From NCBI GenBank assembly GCA_964199315.1, contig OZ116698.1:34286001-34350000 (forward strand): a stretch of DNA of 64,000 nt, given 5' to 3'. Source of the stretch: Orbicella franksi (lineage: Eukaryota). A program made the translations under genes and the position numbers. This document shows, piece after piece, positions 12,263 to 21,634 of the stretch. The stretch's first letter is position 1. Every line of letters begins with the position of its first letter. The notes under the pieces are model-generated. The model was not told the DNA's origin, searched no databases, and saw nothing but the letters and a program-made list of their open reading frames with translations.

Positions 12263-12491
12263 AACAACAACAACAACAACAACAGTTTATTTCTACTACT
12301 GTAAACAACTAAAAGAATTTACAAGATTGTAATTATAAATAAATAAATAAACAGTACAGTACATACAGTAGTGGGACACCCAAAATAACTAAAAAGCTAA
12401 ACTAGTTGGGTGACCGTAATTATAATAATTAAAAATGTAAGAGTCAGGAAAGAGGCACAACAAATACATTGGTACACATAAGATTGGAATA
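12263..12491 (-). mobile_element. 5'-truncated LINE 3' end with AATAAA and (GTT)n tail, inserted in the Gypsy integrase region
   Basis: Interrupts PLHPWE|WPHKPWVRLHLDYAGP; flanked by an ATTC duplication (12259-12262, 12492-12495); ends AATAAAC(TGT)n on the minus strand. Confidence 0.85.
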
Positions 12492-15470
12492 ATTCCCAGG
12501 GATGTAGAGGGGCTTCTGGCGGTGACTTCCTGTTTTCCTGGGAGGGACTGCACTGGTGAACCTTCTGCTCTAAGTCTGCATCCATTTTTGGCCACCACAC
12601 ATAACTTCTCGCCAACGCCTTCATACGGCAAATTCCAGGGTGTGTCTCGTGTAACTCTTCTACCACTCTTGCTCTTTCCTTAGGGGGGACCACTACTCGA
12701 TTGCCCCACAGCAAACATCCATCTTGAACACTTAATTCATCTTTCCTAGTGAAGTAGGACTACAATGCTTCATCTGAGTTGTGATTAGGCCAACCATGCT
12801 GAACGAACTTGATTACTTGTGACAGTATTGGATAACATCTGATTCCGGTTCTGATCTCATTCACACTCACTGGTGTTGAATTGAGGAGTTCCATTGCAAA
12901 CACAGTTTCTGCAGACAAAGGTGTAGTTGAAGGACTAACCGGCAAGGGTAGTCGGCTGAGGGCATCAGCATTGGCATGTTCTGGTCCTGGTTTGTACTCA
13001 ATGGAGTAGTTGTATGCAGCTAGAGTCAAGGCCCAACGCTGAATTCTAGCTGCTGCCATAGGGGGTGTGGCCTTCTTCTCATTGAACAATGATTCCAATG
13101 GTTTGTGATCAGTCACTAGACTAAAATGTCTGCCGTAAATGTACTGGTGAAATTTCTTCACACCAAATACCAGGGAAAGTGCTTCTCTCTCAAGATTGGT
13201 ATAATTTCTTTCTGCATTGGACGGTGTACTGGAAGCATATTCGATTGGATGTTCTGAGCCATCATCCATTCGATGTGAGAGAACAGCTCCCAAGCCATAT
13301 TGTGAGGCGTCGCATGCCAAGGTTAACTTCTTCTGACTTCTGGAAAGCCTGCATCTGCTCTTTACCCCAATGCCAGCGGGTTTCTTTACGTAGTAAATCA
13401 TGCAATGGAGCCAACACGCTCGACAGGTTAGGCAGGAATTTCTGGTAGTAGTTAATCATGCCTAGGTACGATTTCAGTTCCGACACATTCTTGGGTGCTG
13501 GTGCATTGGTGATCACTTCGACCTTGTCATCCAATGGTTGAATACCTTCTTTGCTGACCTTGTGACCCAGGTAGGTTACTTGAGGTTCCATGAACACACA
13601 CTTGTTTTTCCGAAGTCGCAAACCAGCACTTGCTAGTCGTTTCAAGACTTCTTCCAGGTTGTTTAAGTGATCTTCATCGCAGGCTCCGGACACTAGGATG
13701 TCATCCACCCGGACAATTACATAAGGAATGTTCTGCAGTAGATTCTCCATGTTCCGCTGAAATATTTCTGGTGCTGACGATATCCCGTAGGGTAGGCGGT
13801 TGTACTGGAACAACCCCTTGTGTGTGTTAATGGTGGTGTACTGTTTAGATTCAGCATCCAGAAGAAGCTGCTGGTAGGCGAGGCTCATGTCCAACTTCGT
13901 GAATTTTTCACCTCCTCCTAGTGTCGCCAGGAGGTCTTCAACCTTCGGGATAGGATAACTGTCCAGTTTTGAAACTTGATTGACAGTTGTTTTGTAGTCT
14001 CCGCAGATGCGAATTGAATCGTCTGGTTTCAGAATAGGTACAATGGGAGCAGCCCATTCCGAGAACTGAACCGGTTCAATCGTTCCCTCATCTTGTAGCC
14101 TCTTGAGTTCAGACTCAATCTTCCCTGTCATAGCATATAGCACTGGTCTCGCCTTCAAGAATTTTGGTTGTGCCTCTGATTCCACATGAATTTTCGCCTT
14201 TGGGCCCTTGAAGGTCCCAAGTCCTTCTCTAAACACTTCTGAGTACCGGTCAAACAATTTTTCAAGTGAAGACCCTTGGTTGTTTTTGACAACTTGCATT
14301 TTGAACAACTCCTTCCAGTTGAGTGTCAGAACTCTCAACCAGTCCCTTCCCAGTAAGTTAGGCCCAGATCCTTCCACCACGAGTGTTTGCAGTTCCACTT
14401 CTTATTTCTCATACTTCACAATAACATTCAAAGTTCCTATGACCTTGACTAATTCACCTGTGTACGTTCGGAGCTTCACTTTAGCAGTTTCCAATCGCTT
14501 TCGGTTCTTCACCAGATTCCCTGCAATAATTCTCTTGTAGGTTCCTTCGTTGATGATCGTAGCAGCGGCGCCAGTGTCCACTTCCATGCTCGTCTGAACT
14601 CCGTTTAGCTGTAGCTCGACTCGCAACGGTTCTCTCTCCGCGGCGTTTATGTGAAACATCGTGTATTCTTCGCATTCTTCCTCACCCGACTCGTCTGTTG
14701 CCTCCAGGTGATGTGTATTTCCAAATTTGCCGCTCTTTCGAAACTCAGGTTTACGCTTACCGAGACATTGGCTTGCCTTGTGACCTTTCTTACGGCATTT
14801 GTAGCACTCTTCGTCTTTATACCTGCACTTATCAGGATCGTGGAATTGTCCTCCACAACGATAACATTCTTTTGTCGGCCTTTTTGGATCCCTTGGTGGC
14901 TGTTTCGGTGGGTCTTGGGTCACGCGGTGAACTTGCGATTCTTCGGGTTTCTCACTCAGATTTCCAGCAATCAGATCCCGTGTATTCCTGTCGGCAATTT
15001 CCATCGCGGTGGCTAATTCCATCGCCTTCTTGAACTCTAGTTGACTTTCAGCAAGCAATCTCCGCTGTATCCGTTCGTCGTTCAATCCGCAAACCAGTCG
15101 ATCACGCAGCGTTTTCTCCAGTTGGTCGCCAAAGTCGCAGTGCTCCGATAAATTCCTCAGTTCGGCGACATACTGTTGTATTGTTTCTCCCTGCTGACGA
15201 AAGCGGCTGTTAAACTTGAAGCGATACACGATAGATGATGGTCTAGGATTCAAATGATTCTTTACCAAATTAACCAGCTCTACGAACGACTTGTCGGTAG
15301 GCTTCCTTGTATTAACCAAATTCCTGATGAGCAGAACCGCCCGTTTCTTGTTGTTGTCCGTAATCTCATTCGCCGCGAAATACTGCTCGAGCCGTTCGGT
15401 GTACTCAATGCAGCTGTCGTTCTCGTTGTATTACTCGATTTTCCCGATCAATGCCATGGTTTTGTCCGTA

Positions 15471-15481
15471 CCTCGTCGCCA
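15471..15481 (-). other. Primer-binding site TGGCGACGAGG (tRNA-Ser(GCU)-type)
   Basis: Lies 1 nt inside the 5' LTR. It is complementary to a ...CCUCGUCGCCA 3' end, which I recall as metazoan tRNA-Ser(GCU). Confidence 0.7.
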
Positions 15482-16400
15482 GTGTAATATTCTAGAGCCA
15501 ATAAACCAGCCAAAATTCGAGAACGCAACTCTATTTTTTTTCAAGCGACTGACAACGTGTTTCATCCGACCGAACGATCGGAAAACTACTGGAGGAGCGG
15601 TTACACACCTCACAACATTCTACAAGTGCACTGCTTTGATGCCTCGGCTAGAGATCTGTTTGGAAGTGCTCGAAAAAATTGCCCTGTCTCATCCATGTTA
15701 AGACGTTCTCTGGGGAGTAGCCGCTCAAGATAGTCGGTAGCCGCTCTTTCCAAGATGTTACAGTTTCTTCACTAACACCACCTGCTCACCACTTATAACT
15801 TTGCTTGTAATGTTGTACCTTTTCTTAAATCTGTCCAGCCATCCATTAGATGCTTTGAATGTCGAGTCACCGAGCTCTTCACTCGCTCGTTTGGCTTTTT
15901 CTTGCAGCATTGGCCCGGTAACTGGAATGTTCTTGGTTCTTGCTTTTTGGTACCACTCGTACGTTGCCTCGTCTACATTTTTCAACGGCGATGCTCTAGC
16001 CCGTTTAGAATGTGCATTCTTGTTCGCGCTGTAATCTTCCAATATTTCAAACCTCTTCGCTAAAATAGACTGAATTTGCGATTTGCCGCAATCAAACTTC
16101 CCAGCAATTGCTCGCACACTAGCATTTGGGTTTTCCTTTTTGTACTCAATGACCTGAACCTTTTCAGAAGCAGTTAAATCTCTTCTTTTGCGCTTAGCTG
16201 AAGGATGTGAAGCCATGATTGATGATCCGATGAATGTGGCGGCACGCTACCTTGTTCACTCACGTTGACTTGTGGAGACTGACAAGCTGTCACATACAAC
16301 CGCAAGCCGCAACTCAAAAGAAATACAAAGGTACTTTCAGGTCTAATTACACTTCACATTACAGAATTCGACAAAGCATCACGTGTGGGGACTGAAAAGT

Positions 16401-16985
16401 ATGTGTGACCACCGAATATTGAAAATTTCTTCCTGGATAAGAGAATTTCATGTTTACAAGGACTGGTGGACTCCTACAGGCGGTGAAATTTTGCCTTTGC
16501 GACCAGAGCCGGAAAATGGTGAGGACAAAAACGCAGTCGCCGTGCTAAAGGAAAGTCGAGTTATCGGCCACATTCCATATCACCTCGCAAACACCAAAAA
16601 CCGCACTGGTATAGTCACCCATTTTATTTCAAAGCCCACTAATCGTGGATCAGTTGAAGTATGTGGAAACGCAGTTAATCGGGGTGGAGGCCTTCGTATG
16701 GAAATACCGTGTGTTTATATTTTTGATGATCCTAGGAAGCACGTGGATATACTTGAACAATTAATAGACGTTGGCAACAACCCAGCAATACGAACGGAGG
16801 CCGATGCTGATAGTGGCAAGCATAAGACGTCAAAGAGGAAGAAGGCTACAAGCAAGGACTGTAGCAAAAGACCAAGAAAGTTAAACTTTTGTGTAAACGT
16901 ATCAGGCAGAAAACTTTATATAAGGACTGCAGACTGGGTAATGCACCGGAAGAAAGAACTGGTCAAATGCGTCACGCTATTTTGA
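16401..16985 (+). CDS. HIRAN-domain protein (~195 aa) encoded inside the Tigger element, divergent from the transposase
   Basis: SWIREFHVYKDWWTP..GEILPLRPEPENGEDKNAVAVLK...IGHIP...NRGGGLRMEIPCVY matches the HIRAN pattern (V/IRG.H.Y, EP.N..D..AVAV, GHVP). Basic C-terminus KRKK...KRPRK. First ATG is at 16401 (the ORF track starts at GTG 16383). Confidence 0.8.
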   Translation: MCDHRILKISSWIREFHVYKDWWTPTGGEILPLRPEPENGEDKNAVAVLKESRVIGHIPYHLANTKNRTGIVTHFISKPTNRGSVEVCGNAVNRGGGLRMEIPCVYIFDDPRKHVDILEQLIDVGNNPAIRTEADADSGKHKTSKRKKATSKDCSKRPRKLNFCVNVSGRKLYIRTADWVMHRKKELVKCVTLF

Positions 16986-17258
16986 CCAGGGTGCAAAATA
17001 TCTAATTAGCACATAATCATGACAATGACAATAGACACTGCACAGATACAAACAGTGTCCGTAAAGCGGGGTTGACGATGTATAAGAGTTTGTCGCTCGG
17101 GACACAGAAAAGTGTCCGTTGTCCGTGTTAACGGGTGTCCGTAATAAGCGGGTTAATTTTAGAAAAAATATATGAGCTTTTCGTCGGGGAAAACGAAACT
17201 GTCCGTAATATCGGTTGTCCGTATTAAGCGGGTGTCCGTAGAGCGGGGTTCCACTGTA

Positions 17259-17814
17259 CTAAATCTACCTCAAAATGCTAAGGCCGTTAAAATCTAATTG
17301 TGTCCTTAATTTGATTCCATTGTCACTTGTGTCTTTGGAGATATATCTAATAGATTGTTTTAACCAGTAAAGGTCTTTGATCCAGTCCTTAAACTGCTTG
17401 AGGAGGGAGATAAACTTGATGAACTCGATAAGCTTAATCAACTTCTTTATTTTAAAAATGGTCCTGTAACCAGGTGGTTGATTCATGATTGAAAAACGTT
17501 ACTCTGGCTTAAAAATGTAAAAATGTTAGTAAAAATTCTTTTTGTAAAAGTCCCAACGTTTCGGCTAAAACTTCAGCCTTCATCAGGGGAAAGTGACAAG
17601 GAATTTGTTGAAATCGCACGTTCTTATACTATGCAAATCGGCAAATCGGAGCTAATTATGTTCAGTCCCGTAGGGCTAAATTTAAAAATTCGTACGGCAA
17701 ACGCATACCATTAACACGATTCAGCGGATTCCTACAAGTGTTAATTTCTCATGCTCCTAAAATACGTCTGTTGCGCCAATTTGTGCTTGTACGTAAGATC
17801 TTTGAAGATTCCCA
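17259..17814 (-). mobile_element. 5'-truncated Penelope-like element flanked by a 25-bp target duplication
   Basis: GIY-YIG C-terminal tail DWESSKILRTSTNWRNRRILGA*EINTCRNPLNR..G..LP; hammerhead at 17551-17590; direct repeats at 17234-17258 and 17815-17839. Confidence 0.75.
17551..17590 (-). ncRNA. Minimal type I hammerhead ribozyme motif (Penelope-associated)
   Basis: UCCC-CUGAUGA-A-GGCU(GAAGUUUU)AGCC-GAA-ACGU-U-GGGA: core, stem II, palindromic ACGU stem III and 4-bp stem I. Confidence 0.75.
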
Positions 17815-18119
17815 GTCCGTAGAGCGGGGTTCCATTGTATTTATTTGCTTGAAATGTTTTATGCTCGACTGTCCAAAAAAAAGAACGAGAAAAATGAGTG
17901 CGGCATGTGCCTCGGTTTGCCTGCCTCTAGGTACGGCCCAGCCTTCAGTTAGATTCAATTTGATTAATTATGCCAAATCTGCAATTTAAATTTGACAAAT
18001 AGAGTAGCTATTTTTTTGAAAATTTCACTCCTTCGCTCCTTGCTTTACTCCTGTACTCCTTCCTTTGCTTTTTGTTAGACTGTGTGTACATCCACTGACC
18101 AGCACGTCCTGCAAAAGGA

Positions 18120-18346
18120 GCATTTTAAGGGAAAGCGGGGGAGGGGAGGGGGGGAAGGGAGGAAGTGTAAATCCCCCTTTCTTACCCAGTTTTTTGTTAA
18201 ATCCCATTTCCCAGCTGATTTTTTGCCTGAATCCCAGTCCCATTTCAATTTTTTTGTTTGTGATTTCTAATGCCAGCGATCCAATTTTCATTTTCCTATT
18301 TAAAAAAGCAGGCAAATCCCAGTTCCCTTTTTACTCTTTCAGACCC
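18120..18346. repeat. Dispersed repeat fragment with AATCCCA(G/T) subrepeats and a G-rich run
   Basis: Several aatccc(a/c) units and a ggggaggggagggggg tract; no intact TIR pair found. Confidence 0.4.
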
Positions 18347-20879
18347 CTCCTACTGACCTCATGCTTTGGTCATGCTATAGTAACATCTTACGTGACTTCC
18401 CATGCAGTCACATTATTTTACTCTCTAAAATCCCCCAAAAGGAGAGAAAGGAAGAACAAAAAAAAAACTGTCAGTGTTTCTTTGGAATTGTAGAAGTTCA
18501 GCTTATAGCACAAACTATTCTATAATAACTTTATTTCCTCTCCATAGAGCTGTTGTTTTTCTTCCCATCTTTGCCTGAGTGGACGTAACAGTCTCTGTGT
18601 CTGGAAGTGGCCACAGATCAATAGGAGAGTGGGTAACATTGCTGAAAACGTTCACTGTAAGATATTTTCAGGCATATGCACTGTATGATGTATTTTAATA
18701 CCACTTGCTAGCTTCTTAAAGATAATGGTATAATTTAGATTTTCTTTGGTACAGATTTGTTTTGACCGATATTAAGCTCAATTCACCATATACATGTAAC
18801 ACTGAAATTGTATAGTTATCTCATTTAATCGGCTTAATACCTGCACACAATAATTCAATGGCAGTTTTTGCTTGAATTTTGGGCAGAAAGATTGTGTGAC
18901 GAGCCATAAGACGTCTATGTTGGAGGCTGCTTAGACTTCTACTTTGTGCTCCATATTTTGGAATTTCATCCAAGCAAAACATAAATGTCACTCTGGCTGT
19001 GATGACTTAACCAATGTTTCGCTTAGAGATGCCCCCTCTCCAGCTCCGGCATAAAGCATCAGCATATGTTTATTCGAGGACATATAAAGGGTTTCAGTAG
19101 CCCAACAGCACGCCCCTACCCAAAGAGTTATACTGCCCTTGCAAATCAGCAGGTGACCAGTTACTTTATGCATGCTGGGTGCGGCGGGCAACTACTTTAA
19201 CCCAGCAACAGTCGGAATGAAATGACATAAACTCGCCTTTAATTATAGTAGATATACCAAAGCTGATCCAAGAGCTTTTTACAGAACGGGAATAAAGAAA
19301 ACTGCGTTAGCAGCAACCTCAGTCCCCAAACCATACCGATAGTGCACTCTGTACATGAGAAGTGACAAATCTTTCCCCTTTTCTGCCCTCGTGGGACCGT
19401 ACTTTTCTTCGAATATGGACGGGCAAAACTATTATTTATTCTTTTTCAAGGACTATAACCCTATTTCTACCTCAAGGAACGGCATCAGCTGCAAACGTTT
19501 CCTTTATGTGGTCTCTTTTGTTACTGATAGTTTTAAGCTTCGATCGTCTTTAAATAAAGAAAGCTTCTAAAAATGCATGGTCTTTAATAATGAACCTTAT
19601 CTCGGAAACGAGCACGGCGACCCCCATTTTGTTTCCTTCTTGTACTCTTGTCACTTGCGGCATGACAAGTTTCAAAAAAATCTGTACGTGGGAACATTTT
19701 GGACGCGAACGTCCTGAAAACAAAAAATGTTTTCCAAGGCGAAGTGCGAAGGTTTTATTCCAAAGCGGAAGGTTGTTGATGTCTGCGCGACGCGACGCGC
19801 AAGGGTAGGGTAGATCTCATGCTGCAAAGCTAGCGCTAGATGCGCACGTCGGGCTTGCGCTTTAGCACGTGCGTCTTACTGGAAAATACCCAGCGCTCTC
19901 AGGTCAGCTGGATTTAGTTAAACCTCCGCTAACGTACACCTAGCACTGGGCGGTGCGCGTTGTCCCTTCGCCTTCAGCCGTTATGTAAAAGTTTTCATTT
20001 TAACCTAAGTTTGATCTGGATGGAAATGTGCGTGTAGGTGAAACATATTTTCGTATGAATGGTTTCGTACGAAGACTCGTTTTTTCATAGAGTTTCTCGG
20101 AAACTCGAAAACGGCCTATGGTTTTGCTCATTAGAGAAACGATTTATTATTACCATAGGCTCCTGTTATTACTTAAAGTTTATTATTACCGTAAAATACC
20201 CATTTTTGCAAATCTGTGTGCAGTGTTCACGACGTTTCCGATTTTTTTTTCATCCAATCTAAACATTTAGCGAACAGCACCCGTGAACACCCATGCCTTG
20301 TTCAATGAGCTTACGTCATCATGTTGCTTGGCAACTTTGTCAACTAAAACCGCGGGCTCAATCAATTTTCAGGGACTTCCCTCTCGTACCCAGAATCCAT
20401 CTGCTCGTCACCAGATGGAGGCCTGGTCACCATCCGTTGAGCAAGAAACACGCGATAAGCCGTTTTTGCGTTCGCAAAACGCAGTTCGTAATCTTGGGTA
20501 CCCTGTAGTTTCAAGGTGACCAATTTTGACATTTTTTCGTCGAACGTCTGCATTTTCTGTGCCATTTTGAATGACGTCATTCGTCATATGCGCAAAGACT
20601 ATCGCGCACCTCGTGGTTTTCGTTGTAGTCTGAGCAAGTCTAAAAATCGTAAAGCGGATATCTAAAGACTACCTCGTGGTTTATAGTTTATCTTATATAT
20701 TCACGACTTTGAATCGCCATGGCTTGGGATGTTTAACGTGGGAACAGCTATATTTCATTGACTGTAGTTTGATTTCATTTGTTGATTAGTTCCAGTCGAA
20801 TATTGTCAGGAATCGGTGGAAAAGTACTCTGAAGGCAAGATCCAGGCAGTCATTTGCATCTCATTGAATTTGAACGGTG

Positions 20880-20997
20880 AGATAAAAAATGGCCGCGCGA
20901 AATCCTGGGGTGAGGAGCGCGCGGCCATTTTTTTCTTGCGGTTTTCTTTCGCGTCACACACGACGGACTAAGCGAAAGAGGGACTACTCGTAGTGTA
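20880..20997. mobile_element. Truncated copy of the 6075-6231 MITE family
   Basis: aaaaatggccgcgcgaaa...gttttctttcgcgtcacacacgacggactaagcgaaagagggactactcgtagtgta matches the right half of 6075-6231. Confidence 0.75.
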
Positions 20998-21483
20998 GTT
21001 TCTATATGCTTCGTTCTTACTAGAAGCGAAAATCGCTCCTTCGAATCAGTCGCACGGAGCTTGTTTATGATAATCGAGTTCGTGATTGCAAATGTTTGCT
21101 TACATTTGTGCTTCCAGCTTAGAATAATGTACGTAAAAAATATACTTTTAGAAATTACCTTTTACGCTTAAACATTACCAGTCAATGTGAAAATATTAAG
21201 CACGAAATTAGAAGGCCTATGTAAATATTTTTGTGAGTCTACGAAAACAGGCGCCGGCACGCAACGTATCGAACAAATCGCATTTTATACAGCGGACCTC
21301 TTCACTGACTTCACTGGTATAGATTATGACACTATGATATATCTGTCTGTAAAACCTCGGTTGTTGATGAAAAATGTCGATTTTAGCAGACAGAAGCTGA
21401 CAGTCAGCTAGTGAACTCAAAAGGTATACATATTAAAGTGAAGGCGTCGAACGCACTCATAATCTTTGATTACTACTAGTTAA

Positions 21484-21634
21484 TATACTAAAATTCTAAC
21501 TTGGCTCCGGGGCTTGGGGGAATAAAACAAAACAAATCGCATCGAGGCTGAGAAATGAATAATTGATTTCTTTTGTTTTGTTCCCCCAAGCCTCGGAACC
21601 ATGTTAGAATTTCAATATATCGAAAATCTCCTAT
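21484..21634. mobile_element. Palindromic MITE with a partly deleted left arm
   Basis: aaattctaacttggctccggggcttgggggaataaaacaaaa versus ttttgttttgttcccccaagcctcggaaccatgttagaattt. Confidence 0.7.

Larger units (their letters stand above)
11098..15624 (-). mobile_element. Ty3/Gypsy LTR retrotransposon (Mag/K02A2.6-like single gag-pol), degenerate
   Basis: TG...CA LTRs at 11098-11236 (139 bp) and 15483-15624 (142 bp), differing by 5 substitutions and a 3-bp indel; 5-bp TSD AGTGC; PBS and PPT present. Gag has two CCHC knuckles; PR (VDTGA), RT (RVDD), RNase H (CDAS) and IN (TDNG...AERAV) are present with stops and deletions. Confidence 0.97.
10050..16216 (-). pseudogene. Tigger-type transposase (HTH-psq + CENP-B HTH + DDE_1, DD32D), frameshifted and split by the LTR element
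   Basis: MASHPSAKRKRR...FKASNGWLDRFKKR; (N)MDETG; ...KQCT|GGKKSKERVT rejoins across the TSD; LDNVPCH...QPLDLG with 32 residues between the 2nd and 3rd Asp; at least three frameshifts. Confidence 0.92.
9638..17256 (-). mobile_element. Tigger/pogo (Tc1/mariner superfamily) DNA transposon, full length but inactivated, carrying a second ORF
   Basis: TA|CAGTGGAACCCCG...CGGGGTTCCACTG|TA; multiple subterminal GTCCGTATTAA(C/G)CGGG repeats at both ends; minus-strand transposase; plus-strand HIRAN ORF. About 3.1 kb once the nested Gypsy is removed. Confidence 0.95.

Noticed and set aside
15291-15701. 136-aa plus-strand ORF across the LTR, and similar ORFs at 11046-11262
   Set aside because: Chance frames in LTR and antisense gag sequence.
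18988-19670. Possible decayed minus-strand gene
   Set aside because: About 7 stops and a frameshift are needed over ~200 codons, which is not clearly below random expectation; no motif recognised.
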